Below, piece after piece: positions 32,270 through 41,936 of a stretch of DNA of 44,528 nucleotides. Numbering within the stretch: position 1 is the stretch's first letter; every line of letters starts with the position of its first letter. The translations under genes were made by a program, and so were the position numbers. Under the pieces are notes generated by a model. The model was not told where the DNA came from. It ran no database searches and saw only the letters and a list, made by a program, of their open reading frames with translations. The stretch is from an uncultured Coriobacteriaceae bacterium (GTDB lineage: Bacteria; Actinomycetota; Coriobacteriia; Coriobacteriales; CADBOM01), in the NCBI GenBank assembly GCA_902796325.1, contig CADBOM010000141.1, forward strand, positions 1 to 44,528, read 5' to 3'.

Positions 32270-34795
32270 CTACTGCATGTTGCCGGTATCGGAGTCGGAA
32301 TCGGCGAACACGACACCGTCTCCGAAGACGTCTATGAATAGCCCTGCCAATTCGCTGTCCATGTTGCTTGGAACTGCAGCCTTTTGAGCAGAAGCGGCGG
32401 CCGTCTGGGCAGATGCCCCACCAGCAGGTTGCTGCGCTGGCTCGCTCTGAGCTGGAGCGGGCTGCGCATTCTGCGCATCATGCACGTTTGCCTGGTCTGG
32501 CTCCGGAGCTGGCTCCCATCCCGGCTGCGGCTGACCGCCATCGTCCAGCATATCCCCGTATTCCGACAAGGGAACCTCGTCATACCCGATGTCTTCAGGA
32601 GCTGACGGCCACTCTCCAGAAGGCTCGTTGGGAACCGGAAGCTGCCCGGGTTCTGGCTGGTTTTGCGAGGCGGACGAAACAGCATCCACGTTGCTGATGT
32701 TGGTAGGTCCGGTAGGCCCGACAACAGGGGACGCCGCACCCGCGGAGTTGGCGGCAACAGAAGCTGGGGCTGCAGGTTGGGCAGATTGAGCGGGCTGCGC
32801 AGGTTGCATAGGAGCAGCGTCAACGAACGAATTTGCGGCCGTTTGGCCAGACACTACCTCGTTCACCGGCATGGCGGCGTTCACAGGCGCTCCCAGCGTG
32901 TAATCGACTGTCAGCTTTCCTCCGAACGCCCTAGACAGGCATTCCGCCATTTCTGTCCTGATGCCTGGGTCCATCAGAGTGTTGCGAGCAAAATCGGCAT
33001 CTCTGGGCAGCTCCACGATTATCTTGCCGTTCTTAGCATCTGCGTGCGGGATAGCTCCACCAAGCAGGCTTCCTGCCATCGGGTGCCTGTTGGAGAGCTC
33101 GCGTGCAGCGGCCTCGAACATACGTCTGACAGATGATGGATCGCGCATTATTCCATCTAGCCTGCTGGGTTGCGCTGACTGTCCCTGTTGCGCTTGGCCA
33201 TACTGCGACTGACGGGCAGAAGCTTGATGCGCAGCCTGAGCGGGACGCGGTGATTGCGAAGCCTGGGCAGGCTGCACCTGAGCCGACTCCCGAGGCCCTT
33301 GCTGAGCACCCGATCCCGCAGCCGCACGAGCTGCAGCCGCAAACCTTACGGCTTCCTGTACCTGCTGCGATTGGCTCACGGCCTCCCCACCGAACTGTGT
33401 GACGGGATGCCCGTCGGACTGCGCGCCGGACACTCCAAAGTCATACGTGGAAGAGGGCGACGGGGCGGATGACACGCCAGATGCGCCCATCGCGTTCGTA
33501 GATTCAGGCGCCACACCAGAAGATGCCCCAGGCACACCTGCCGGTGATTGGCTCACCGGAGATACGCCCGCCGTGGGCATGCTCGCCGAGACACCTTGCG
33601 GAGCAACCTGGACAGGCTGCTCCTGGGCAAACACGGAACCAGATTGAATCCTGCTCTCCAAATCCGAGATTCTGGCTGCCAGAGATTCCAACGTTATGTC
33701 TGCCTTTGGATGCGCCATCTTGGTTAGCGCTATCTCAAGGGAAAGCCTGGCATCCACCGCAGTTCGAAGCTCTGTAGAAAGATTTCCAAGAACCATCAGC
33801 ATGCTGGCAAGCCTATCGGGATTCCCAAAAGTCCTGGCCTGAGCCTTTATGGCATCGAACTCGTCATCGTCCATCGCAGGCAACGCCGCCTTGGAATCCG
33901 TGAGCATGGCAACATACATGTTCCTAACGTATGCGGTCATGCTCCTTGCAACTTGGGCGACGTCTATCCCGGTAGAAGCGAACTTCTCCACCCACATGAA
34001 GCACGATGCCACGTCTCTGCTGGCAATGTATCCCATTACCTCGGATATCTCGACGGAATCGACATCGCCGAACATGTTCTCGGCAGCGGAGTATGTAACG
34101 TTGCCGTTACCGAAAACCGCAACCTGCTCCAACGCGGTGATGGCATCTCGCATTCCACCGTGGGCTTCTTTGGCAATGAGCTCGATGGCTCCAGGATCGT
34201 ACGAAAACCCCTCGCCATCGCATATTTGCTCAAGGCATTGGGATATTTGCTCGGTACTCAACCTGTGGAAGTCGAAGCGTTGGCATCTGGAGATGATGGT
34301 AGCCGGCACCTTCTGAGGATCCGTGGTGCAGAGCACGAAAACAACGTGCTCGGGCGGCTCTTCGAGGGTTTTGAGCAAGGCGTTGAATGCTGCCGTGGAC
34401 AGCATGTGAACCTCGTCGATGATGTAGACCTTGTAACGGCCCCTGGTTGGACGGAACTGCACCCTGCCTATGATTTCTTCCCTCACGTTGTCAACGCCGG
34501 TGCGTGAAGCAGCGTCGAGCTCGTAGACATCGGGATGGGTTCCGGATGCTATCTCGCGGCAATTCTCGCAAACTCCATCTGGATTGGCGGTTGGAGCCTG
34601 ATCGCACAGGAGAGCCTTGGCAAGCAGCCTTGCCGTGGTGGTCTTTCCAGTTCCCCTTGGCCCGCAAAATAGATAGGCATGCGACACCCTATCGCTGGCA
34701 AGGGCGTTCCTGAGAGTTTGCTCTATGTGCTCTTGCCCAACTACGTCGGCAAAGGTCTGCGGTCTGTACTTGCGATATAAAGACTGGTTGGCCAT
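32270..34795 (-). CDS. dnaX: DNA polymerase III subunits gamma/tau
   Basis: ORF 32270..34819 trimmed to the ATG at 34795 (MANQSLYRKYRPQTFADVVGQEH...), which has GGTGAGG upstream. Contains the Walker A motif GPRGTGKTT, a DEVH box and a long Gln/Ala/Pro/Ser-rich C-terminal half. Confidence 0.95.
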   Translation of the reverse strand: MANQSLYRKYRPQTFADVVGQEHIEQTLRNALASDRVSHAYLFCGPRGTGKTTTARLLAKALLCDQAPTANPDGVCENCREIASGTHPDVYELDAASRTGVDNVREEIIGRVQFRPTRGRYKVYIIDEVHMLSTAAFNALLKTLEEPPEHVVFVLCTTDPQKVPATIISRCQRFDFHRLSTEQISQCLEQICDGEGFSYDPGAIELIAKEAHGGMRDAITALEQVAVFGNGNVTYSAAENMFGDVDSVEISEVMGYIASRDVASCFMWVEKFASTGIDVAQVARSMTAYVRNMYVAMLTDSKAALPAMDDDEFDAIKAQARTFGNPDRLASMLMVLGNLSTELRTAVDARLSLEIALTKMAHPKADITLESLAARISDLESRIQSGSVFAQEQPVQVAPQGVSASMPTAGVSPVSQSPAGVPGASSGVAPESTNAMGASGVSSAPSPSSTYDFGVSGAQSDGHPVTQFGGEAVSQSQQVQEAVRFAAAARAAAGSGAQQGPRESAQVQPAQASQSPRPAQAAHQASARQSQYGQAQQGQSAQPSRLDGIMRDPSSVRRMFEAAARELSNRHPMAGSLLGGAIPHADAKNGKIIVELPRDADFARNTLMDPGIRTEMAECLSRAFGGKLTVDYTLGAPVNAAMPVNEVVSGQTAANSFVDAAPMQPAQPAQSAQPAAPASVAANSAGAASPVVGPTGPTNISNVDAVSSASQNQPEPGQLPVPNEPSGEWPSAPEDIGYDEVPLSEYGDMLDDGGQPQPGWEPAPEPDQANVHDAQNAQPAPAQSEPAQQPAGGASAQTAAASAQKAAVPSNMDSELAGLFIDVFGDGVVFADSDSDTGNMQ

Positions 34796-35148
34796 TGATG
34801 CCTCACCCTCGAAAACCAATTTTTCAAAAACAAGAAAGGTGCTCAGCGGTACTCAGCGATTTCGACTTACGCCGAGCATCGAAAGACGGCCGCCAGGATT
34901 TGCAGGCCGTGTACTTTCTTCACTGTTTGACTTTATCATCAACCCCGGACATTTTCCCGAGCTCCAAAACAATATCGGAGTCTGCGGCAGAAGAGAATGC
35001 GGGCAATCCAAAGATGAGCTGTCTTGCGGCTGTTTACAGCTGCGCACAACTGCCTTGCAACTGACTTACTGCTGCCTTTGTTCACGGCTGCGCACGGCTG
35101 ACTCCTGCCGCTTTCAGCCGCCACGCTCATATTTGCCCTGCTCATACT

Positions 35149-35199
35149 AAAAAATAAACCGGCTCATCTAAAGGCAGAAACCACCTTTGAAACAGCCGG
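35149..35199 (-). terminator. Intrinsic terminator after the SRP RNA
   Basis: The minus strand reads CCGGCT-gtttc-AAAGG-tggtttctg-CCTTT-agatg-AGCCGG followed by TTTATTTTTT. Confidence 0.55.
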
Positions 35200-35212
35200 A
35201 ATATAAAAGAAT

Positions 35213-35322
35213 AAGTGCGCCGAATAGACCCGGACGCTCACCAGCGGCCACTTATGGCTGCTTCCTTCCGGACCTGACCAGGTTCGCGGCATAATGCCGT
35301 CCGAGCCCATTCGACGCACTTA
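35213..35322 (-). ncRNA. ffs: Signal recognition particle RNA (small/4.5S type)
   Basis: The minus strand contains the invariant domain IV core CCTGGTCAGGTCCGGAAGGAAGCAGCCATAAG. It is closed by a long terminal helix (AAGTGCGTCGAAT...ATTCGGCGCACTT). The position upstream of dnaX is classic. Confidence 0.85.
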
Positions 35323-35416
35323 CAAAATCCTATTTCGTAGAACACAGAATAAATCAAAGCGGTAATTTTTTGGAGTACTTATCTATTAAAGGAAGATAAC
35401 CCCATTGCCAGCTGCC

Positions 35417-35704
35417 CTAGTTATCGAAGTTGGGCTCGAAGAGTTTCTGGTTGTTCTCGACATCGGTAAGCTCGACCATTCCGGTGAGCACATCAACGTA
35501 CTGATAGGATTGGCGGGTAACCCTGCCACGCTTTCCGTGGACCTCCACGATGAAAAGCGACGGGTGAACCTGGGTGAGAATTCCCTCGCAATCGACGATC
35601 TTCGAACGACCCATGTTTGCGCGAACCCTCAGCGGTTTGCCCTCGTAGGATGCAATGGTCGAGTGAATGGTATCGACCAAAGCAGCTTGCTGTTCTATTT
35701 CCAT
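35417..35704 (-). CDS. veg: Veg protein (DUF1021 family)
   Basis: ORF 35417..35878 trimmed to the ATG at 35704, which has GGAGGTG upstream. MEIEQQAALVDTIHSTIASYEGKPLRVRANMGRSKI...GILTQVHPSLFIVEV...TRQSYQYVDVLTG. Confidence 0.85.
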   Translation of the reverse strand: MEIEQQAALVDTIHSTIASYEGKPLRVRANMGRSKIVDCEGILTQVHPSLFIVEVHGKRGRVTRQSYQYVDVLTGMVELTDVENNQKLFEPNFDN

Positions 35705-35912
35705 AAAACACCTCCAATAATCCAATTCAATTATATTAGGGCGAGGATAGCGATAGCATAGGCAATCCACGACCGATGCACATGCATCGAAGAAAGGCAG
35801 ACACCGAGCATCTGCACCTCGAACACAAGATGACAAAACTTTCCATTTGACAAGTGATAACTTTTCTAGTTGCCACATCGCAAATAATTTAACTATTGCC
35901 TAGATACCGCAG

Positions 35913-37040
35913 ATGTTGGAGAGAGGAACGAGCATCTTGCAATACGAGCAAAGAGCGGAGGTTAACAGGGAGTACCTGACCTCGCTCGATCTGATGAAGC
36001 TCATATGCGCAGTGCTCGTCATCGCTATCCACGTTCCCCTGCTCGGTACCGGCAGCGACAACTTGGTTGTCCAAGAAGTTGGCTACTACATCCAGCAATG
36101 CTTCACGAGAATCGCCGTTCCGCTGTTCTTCGCCTGCTCTGGATATCTTCTGTATCGAAAGACAACTCTTGACAGCTTCTCCCTAAAGCCCACGAAGAAG
36201 TTCTTGCTGGGAATTCTCAGGCTCTACCTCATATGGTCCGTCATATACCTGCCGCTATCCATCCAAAGATTGTCGCAGGGCGACGCAACCACCCAGCAGA
36301 TGGTGCTGTCGTATTTTCAGGACTTCTTTTTCACTGGGAGCTTCCAGCACCTCTGGTACCTGCCATCACTCATGGTTGCTGTGATTCTGGTATCCCTCCT
36401 GCTACGCGCGCACGCCAAGCCGAGCGTGATAGTTGTCATATCGTTTGCGCTGTATATCGTGGGGCTTCTCGGACAGTCCTGGTTCGGGTTGATTGCCCCC
36501 TTGCAAGATGCAGCAGCGTCAAGGTGGGAAGTCATACAGAACATCCATTCCGTGATACTTACCACAAGGAATGGCCTGTTCGAGGGATTTGCATTCGTGA
36601 GCATAGGGATGCTGTTCGGGTTCTTCGACTTCAAGATTTCGAGGAACAAGGCGCTGGCGGGATTCATCATCTCCATGGTCCTCTTGCTCGCAGAAGCCTG
36701 CGTCGTCAAGCAATACGACATGGCGCTCGACATAAACAGCCTCAACATGTACCTGATGCTATTGCCCTCCGTGTTCTTCGGATTTGCGTTCTTCGCCAAA
36801 CTCGAGTTCTCCAAAAAGCACTCCATCAAGATCATTCAGCCGCTAAGCTCCATGATGTACTTCTCGCACATGCTGTTCGCGACGCTTACGTTCTATCTGA
36901 TCGATACGCTTGGCGGCAACGCGCTTGTTAGCACATGCCTGCCGTTCCTGATTACCCTGGGAATGACCGTGGCATTCTCGTTGGCCATAGTAGAACTCTC
37001 TAACCTTAGGGGAATGCGCTGGTTAAAGAAGGCCTTCTGA
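35913..37040 (+). CDS. Acyltransferase family 3 (OatA/WecH-like) integral membrane protein
   Basis: 375 aa and polytopic. The N-terminal SLDLMKLICAVLVIAIH motif is typical. The ATG at 35913 has no SD, so a TTG at 35937 after GAGAGAGGAA is an alternative start. Confidence 0.8.
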   Translation: MLERGTSILQYEQRAEVNREYLTSLDLMKLICAVLVIAIHVPLLGTGSDNLVVQEVGYYIQQCFTRIAVPLFFACSGYLLYRKTTLDSFSLKPTKKFLLGILRLYLIWSVIYLPLSIQRLSQGDATTQQMVLSYFQDFFFTGSFQHLWYLPSLMVAVILVSLLLRAHAKPSVIVVISFALYIVGLLGQSWFGLIAPLQDAAASRWEVIQNIHSVILTTRNGLFEGFAFVSIGMLFGFFDFKISRNKALAGFIISMVLLLAEACVVKQYDMALDINSLNMYLMLLPSVFFGFAFFAKLEFSKKHSIKIIQPLSSMMYFSHMLFATLTFYLIDTLGGNALVSTCLPFLITLGMTVAFSLAIVELSNLRGMRWLKKAF

Positions 37041-37137
37041 GGCCGACCTCCTAGGTTGAGGCTTTCCACAACAACACGCACGGCGCAGACGCGCCGCATT
37101 CTGAGAGCCATTGCGCGACCCAAAGCCCGTCAAGGGC

Positions 37138-38076
37138 CTAACGAGACAGGTACGCCCTGCCCATCCTGATGAAGTCGTCCAGAGGGTGCTGCTCTCCGCG
37201 AGATTTTGGATCCACGCCAGCGCTTTGGAGGATTTGGTCTACCTCCAACTTATCAACACCCCTAGGAGCGAGGAACGATACCATGGAGTTCCTGATGGTC
37301 TTCCTACGCTGCGCGAATGCGGCATCTGCCATCAGGCTTGCTGCATCGATGATGGCCCTGTCAGGATCCGAAACATCACGCCTGTCGAGCCTGATTACCT
37401 TGGAATCAACCCTTGGAGGAGGCATGAAGCTCTGAGAGCTCACCTTGAAGGTGTCGACCGGCCTGGCAATTAGCTGAAGCTTCACGCTATATGCGCCGTA
37501 GTCTTTCTCGCCAGGGTGGGCGGACATCCTGTCAGCAACCTCGCTTTGCACCATGACGGTTGCAGAATCGATCGAGTCAACACGCTGCATCACTCCCAAG
37601 ACCACGGTGGCAGCCACAGCATACGGAAGGTTGGATATGAGCTTGGTTGGCATACCGGGATAGGGAAAGTTCGAGCAAGGCTCTGCAAGGGCCTCGGAAC
37701 TTATATCCAAGGCATCCATGTTCAGCAGCTCGAACGCGCCCTGTCCATCGCGGGCCATCTCTCCAGCCGTGGTGTCGAGCACGGGGATAAGGTCGGCGTC
37801 TCTCTCCACCGCAACAACCTGCGCTCCCGCTGCCATGAGGGCAACGGTTAGCGTTCCAATGCCAGGCCCGACTTCGAGCACGCGGTCTTGGGGTTGCACA
37901 TCGCCAAGCTCGATGATCTTCGAAATCACGTTGTCGTCGACAAGAAAATGCTGCCCCAAAGCCTTCTTGTTGTGAAGGCCCCATTTGCTCATCACTGCCT
38001 GCGTGGCACCAGGCGATGCCAGATACGAGTGCCCGCGAGATGAGTGCTCTTGAGATCTTGGGGAGTAATCGCCCAT
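37138..38076 (-). CDS. rsmA: 16S rRNA (adenine1518-N6/adenine1519-N6)-dimethyltransferase
   Basis: KALGQHFLVDDNVISKII...RVLEVGPGIGTLTVAL...NLPY. About 30 aa of N-terminal extension. Confidence 0.92.
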   Translation of the reverse strand: MGDYSPRSQEHSSRGHSYLASPGATQAVMSKWGLHNKKALGQHFLVDDNVISKIIELGDVQPQDRVLEVGPGIGTLTVALMAAGAQVVAVERDADLIPVLDTTAGEMARDGQGAFELLNMDALDISSEALAEPCSNFPYPGMPTKLISNLPYAVAATVVLGVMQRVDSIDSATVMVQSEVADRMSAHPGEKDYGAYSVKLQLIARPVDTFKVSSQSFMPPPRVDSKVIRLDRRDVSDPDRAIIDAASLMADAAFAQRRKTIRNSMVSFLAPRGVDKLEVDQILQSAGVDPKSRGEQHPLDDFIRMGRAYLSR

Positions 38077-38098
38077 AGCCTGAGCCTCTCTACTTCCT

Positions 38099-39142
38099 CT
38101 AGTTGCCCTGAACGCCCTGGCTGGGCTTCCTCGGAGTGCGCAGCATCCTCCCGAACGCCTTCCCCGCTTCGAGCGCGCGCCTTCTAAACTCGTTTTGCTC
38201 TTCCAATGTGGCCTTGATCTTGGCCAGCTTGGCAGGGCTCATAGCAGCGGCCTCGTCCTCGCTGGGAATCTTTGGGCAGTCGCGTGGATCCAGATACCCT
38301 ATGTAGTTGCTGAGCTTCTCCATCTCGAAGCCCGCTATCTGCAAAGCGCTGCGCGATATCGTGGTAAAGGGCTCGTTTCCATGGGGGTCTCCGCCAGTTC
38401 CAACCATGAACACTTGAGCCGGACGCCTCTCAGGGAACGGACGGCCAAGCACGTACTTCCTAGCCCAATATGGCTGGAACCTGTCATACACGGCCTTCAG
38501 CTGTGCAGGAGGGCCAGAGAAGTACACGGGGGCAACCACCACGAGGCCGTCGCAGGTGTCCAGCATATCGACAAGCTCCCTGTAGTCGTCGACTCGCGAG
38601 CCATCTTTTTTAACCATGCCATAGTAAACGCAGTTGCCATCCTTGCAGCATAGATTGCATCCAATGCACGGCTTGACCTTCTTCTCGCAGAGCATGAACC
38701 TCTCGGTCCTGATCCCAGCCGATCTGGCACCAGCTTCCACAAGGTCAAGCAGGGAAGCACAGGTGCGCCTGCGGGGAGAGCCGCAAAGGAGGAGCAGGGT
38801 GGGGGCATCGTCTGTTATCGCAGTGGCACCATCGGCGGCATACCTAAGGGAAGGGTCGTCCAGGTTTACCTGTCCGATCACATGGCGTCCCTCGGTGCCG
38901 CGGCTGCGCACTCTAGATGCCAGGTTCTCACTGCCACGTTGAACGATGTTCTTGCGCTCTTCGTTAGTGGCTCCGGAACCTTGATACTTAAAAGGCTTGA
39001 CGGCCTCGGCGCGGCCCTCTGCTGCGGCATGGCCTTCTGCGGTGCGACCCTCAGATGCACGACCGTTGTCGTCAGGCTTCTGCGCGCTACCCGCAGGCTC
39101 AGGGGCCCTTCCGTTCAAGCTGTCTTCTCTATCTTCTTGCAA
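38099..39142 (-). CDS. Iron-sulfur flavoprotein-like NADPH-dependent FMN reductase with ~110-aa low-complexity N-terminal extension
   Basis: The flavodoxin-like core starts near TLLLLCGSPRRR. It has a compact Cys motif CIGCNLCCKDGNC and VVVAPVYFSGPPAQLK. The annotated start is a TTG at 39142. An internal GTG (38878-38880, GAGGGA 6 nt upstream) would remove most of the extension. Confidence 0.7.
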   Translation of the reverse strand: MQEDREDSLNGRAPEPAGSAQKPDDNGRASEGRTAEGHAAAEGRAEAVKPFKYQGSGATNEERKNIVQRGSENLASRVRSRGTEGRHVIGQVNLDDPSLRYAADGATAITDDAPTLLLLCGSPRRRTCASLLDLVEAGARSAGIRTERFMLCEKKVKPCIGCNLCCKDGNCVYYGMVKKDGSRVDDYRELVDMLDTCDGLVVVAPVYFSGPPAQLKAVYDRFQPYWARKYVLGRPFPERRPAQVFMVGTGGDPHGNEPFTTISRSALQIAGFEMEKLSNYIGYLDPRDCPKIPSEDEAAAMSPAKLAKIKATLEEQNEFRRRALEAGKAFGRMLRTPRKPSQGVQGN

Positions 39143-39213
39143 TGTAACCCCGCCTCTACGATCTTCCTACTCTCCCTACGATGTACATAATAACCCCTAA
39201 ATGTAGATTGAAC

Positions 39214-40140
39214 TCACATATGGGACTCAATATGAAACACATCATGTGCGTTTTGGTACAAAGTTGCGAAAAACCCGGGTCTATCCTCTTCTGATACCCC
39301 CCTTAGGTTCGCAAGGAAATCCACCGTGAACACAGTGTCTTCTGGCGAGCACGGCGTGCCCCTCAAGGGCACCGGCGCCATATACGGGCTGTCCGTCTCC
39401 GTGATGATCCTGTTGAGAGGAGCCTCCAAGGCAGACTGTCTTATCAGATCGCTGTGGGCAAATGTCACGGCACCGCCAAATGCGATATAGCATCCTAAAT
39501 CGAGATACTGCCTCATAACCTCCGGACCGTTGGTGAAGCAATGCAGAATCGCTCCGGCAGGTGGAACGCCCTCGGACTTCAAGATTTCCAGAGCTTCGTC
39601 GTGCGCATCCGTTCCCTCGAAATCCCTGATATGCATGAGAATTGGCTTATCAACTTGCTTCGCAAGCTCGATCTGGCGTTTGAACACGTCTTTCTGAACG
39701 TCGTGCGGAGCATTGTCGTAATAGTAATCCAGCCCGATTTCTCCTATGGCCACCGTTAGCGGATGCATGGCGCAGGCTCGGGTTATCGACTCGACTTCCT
39801 TATCGTAGTTGAGCGACAGCTGCGGATGGCACCCTGCCACAACATTGCAATGCGGAAGAAGGGCACGCGACCCCCAGCTGTCGAGTATTCCATCGGCCTC
39901 GGCAAGCCATTGGGCGAGCATATCGTAAGTCGTTTGAGGCTGTTGCGAGGATTCCACGCAGGTCACGACATATGTCACGTTGTGATAAGCGCATCGCGCG
40001 AGGGCGAGCTCGGGGTTCTGGAGCATGTCGAGGTGGCAATGGGTGTCGGCTACCAAGCCCTCGATAACCGGCGCATCCTTGACCTTGCCCTTGGAGTTCC
40101 TGAAAAGGTAGTCGAACTCCGCACCCTCTTGATTTGGCAT
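39214..40140 (-). CDS. tatD: TatD-family metal-dependent hydrolase/DNase
   Basis: Contains ADTHCHLDM, IGEIGLDYYY, ILMHIRD, ILHCFTNG and ETDSPYMAP. Confidence 0.9.
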   Translation of the reverse strand: MPNQEGAEFDYLFRNSKGKVKDAPVIEGLVADTHCHLDMLQNPELALARCAYHNVTYVVTCVESSQQPQTTYDMLAQWLAEADGILDSWGSRALLPHCNVVAGCHPQLSLNYDKEVESITRACAMHPLTVAIGEIGLDYYYDNAPHDVQKDVFKRQIELAKQVDKPILMHIRDFEGTDAHDEALEILKSEGVPPAGAILHCFTNGPEVMRQYLDLGCYIAFGGAVTFAHSDLIRQSALEAPLNRIITETDSPYMAPVPLRGTPCSPEDTVFTVDFLANLRGVSEEDRPGFFATLYQNAHDVFHIESHM

Positions 40141-40251
40141 GTTATTTCACCTTTGCCCAAAAACCACACCGACCATCTGTCTCGCTCCTCTTGCCGGGGA
40201 GTTGGGACAGATGGTCTGGCATGTTGATTTCATTGTCAAAAATATCCGGGG

Positions 40252-41847
40252 CTAATCCAGGCTGATATCGTCGAGCTGCAGCCTTGGGAACAACGCCGGG
40301 CACTTGGTAACAGGGTTGCCGGCGGGCAGCTTGCCCCAAACGGACTCATCTTCAAGAGTGGTTACCTCGGTGACATCGCCAAGTCCCAGGCTCTCGTAAG
40401 CTGTCTTGGAGGTCTGCGGCATCCAGGGAGCGTAATACAGGGCAATGAGCCTGATGGACTCCAGCGTGTTGTATATCACGTATGCCAGCTCGTCTGCCTT
40501 CGACTCATCCTTGGCAAGATTCCATGGAGCCATTTCCTCGATGTAGGAGTTGGCCCTGGACGAGAGCTTCGAAACCTCGGCAGCAGCACCCGTGAAGTCG
40601 ACGTTGTTGAACTTCTCGGAATAGCTGGCGTACACTCCCTCGGCAATCTCGCGCAGCGGATTGCCCAGCTCCTGCTCCAGCTGAGCGTACTTGTCTGCAT
40701 CAATCTGCGGCACCTTGCCATCGAAGTACTTCACCGCCATGTTGAAAGCGCGGGAGCAGAGGTTGCCCCAAGTGTTAGCAAGGTCGGCGTTGTACACCTG
40801 CACCATGCGCTCCATGGAAATCGACCCGTCGTTTCCAAACGGCACGTCGGTCATGAAGTAATAGCGGTATGCGTCGATTCCAAAAACCTTGATGAGGTCT
40901 TGCGGAGAGACTGCGTTGCCGGTAGATTTCGACATCTTCTGGCCCTTGGTGAGCAGGAATCCGTGTGCGAATACCTTCTCGGGCATTGGCAGTCCGGCGG
41001 CCATGAGCATTGCAGGCCAGATTACGCAGTGGAACCTGATGATGTCCTTGCCCACGAAGTGGTACTGCACGGGCCAGCGGCGCTCGAAGTTCTTGACCTC
41101 TTCCTCGCTTCCGCCGTAACCCATGGCGGTGATGTAGTTGAGCAGAGCATCGATCCAAACATAGGTAACGTGTCCCTCATCGAACGGTAGCGGCACTCCC
41201 CAGTCGAACGTGGTTCTGGAAATCGAGAGGTCCTTGAGCCCGCCCTTCACGAACGAGATAACCTCGTTGCGCCTGGTGTTCGGCTGCACGAAATCCGGAT
41301 GCTCCTCGTAGAACTTCAGCAGCGGCTCCTGGAACTCGGACAGCTTGAAGAACCAGTTCTCCTCGCCATCGTCGTTGAAGCGAAGGGGCCTGTGGCACTC
41401 GGGGCAGCACTTCTCGCCGTCGATTTCCTCGACCTCGGACTCCGTGTAATAGGTTTCCTCATGAATGCAGTACCAACCCGAATACGAGGCCTTGTACAGA
41501 TAACCCTTGTTGTATAGGTCGGTCCAGAAAGCCTGGACACCGCGCATGTGCCTGGGCTCGGTGGTGCGGATGAAGTCGTCGTTGGTGATGAGCAGGTCTT
41601 TCCAGGTTTGCTGGAATTTGGGGGCAATGCTGTCGCACCACTCCTGCGGGGTCATGCCGTTTTTGGCTGCGGACTCCGCCACCTTCTGGCCGTGCTCGTC
41701 CAAACCGGTGAGGAAGAACACGTCCTTGCCGTCCATTCGCTCGAACCTCGCCAGTGAGTCTGCTGCAACCGTTGTGTAGGCGGTTCCCAAGTGCGGGATT
41801 GCATTTACGTAGTAAATCGGCGTGGTTATCGAGTAGCTTTGTGCCAT
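40252..41847 (-). CDS. metG: Methionine--tRNA ligase
   Basis: TTPIYYVNAIPHLGTAYT (HIGH-class motif), a CPECHRPL zinc knuckle and KMSKSTGN. Confidence 0.96.
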   Translation of the reverse strand: MAQSYSITTPIYYVNAIPHLGTAYTTVAADSLARFERMDGKDVFFLTGLDEHGQKVAESAAKNGMTPQEWCDSIAPKFQQTWKDLLITNDDFIRTTEPRHMRGVQAFWTDLYNKGYLYKASYSGWYCIHEETYYTESEVEEIDGEKCCPECHRPLRFNDDGEENWFFKLSEFQEPLLKFYEEHPDFVQPNTRRNEVISFVKGGLKDLSISRTTFDWGVPLPFDEGHVTYVWIDALLNYITAMGYGGSEEEVKNFERRWPVQYHFVGKDIIRFHCVIWPAMLMAAGLPMPEKVFAHGFLLTKGQKMSKSTGNAVSPQDLIKVFGIDAYRYYFMTDVPFGNDGSISMERMVQVYNADLANTWGNLCSRAFNMAVKYFDGKVPQIDADKYAQLEQELGNPLREIAEGVYASYSEKFNNVDFTGAAAEVSKLSSRANSYIEEMAPWNLAKDESKADELAYVIYNTLESIRLIALYYAPWMPQTSKTAYESLGLGDVTEVTTLEDESVWGKLPAGNPVTKCPALFPRLQLDDISLD

Positions 41848-41936
41848 GTTATTTCCTTTTCAATCAGTGGGGTTGCGGCATATGAGACCGTTCCCATTCG
41901 TTTAAGGCATACCTTATAGATTGTACAACGAGCCTG

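Noticed and set aside
32270-34795. Programmed -1 frameshift site in dnaX (A AAA AAG type) producing gamma
   Set aside because: I saw no A6/T6-type slippery run inside the gene by eye, so I cannot support one.
41848-41936. T-box leader upstream of metG
   Set aside because: The gap is only 89 nt and has no T-box consensus (AANNNGGGTGGTACCGCG-like) sequence.
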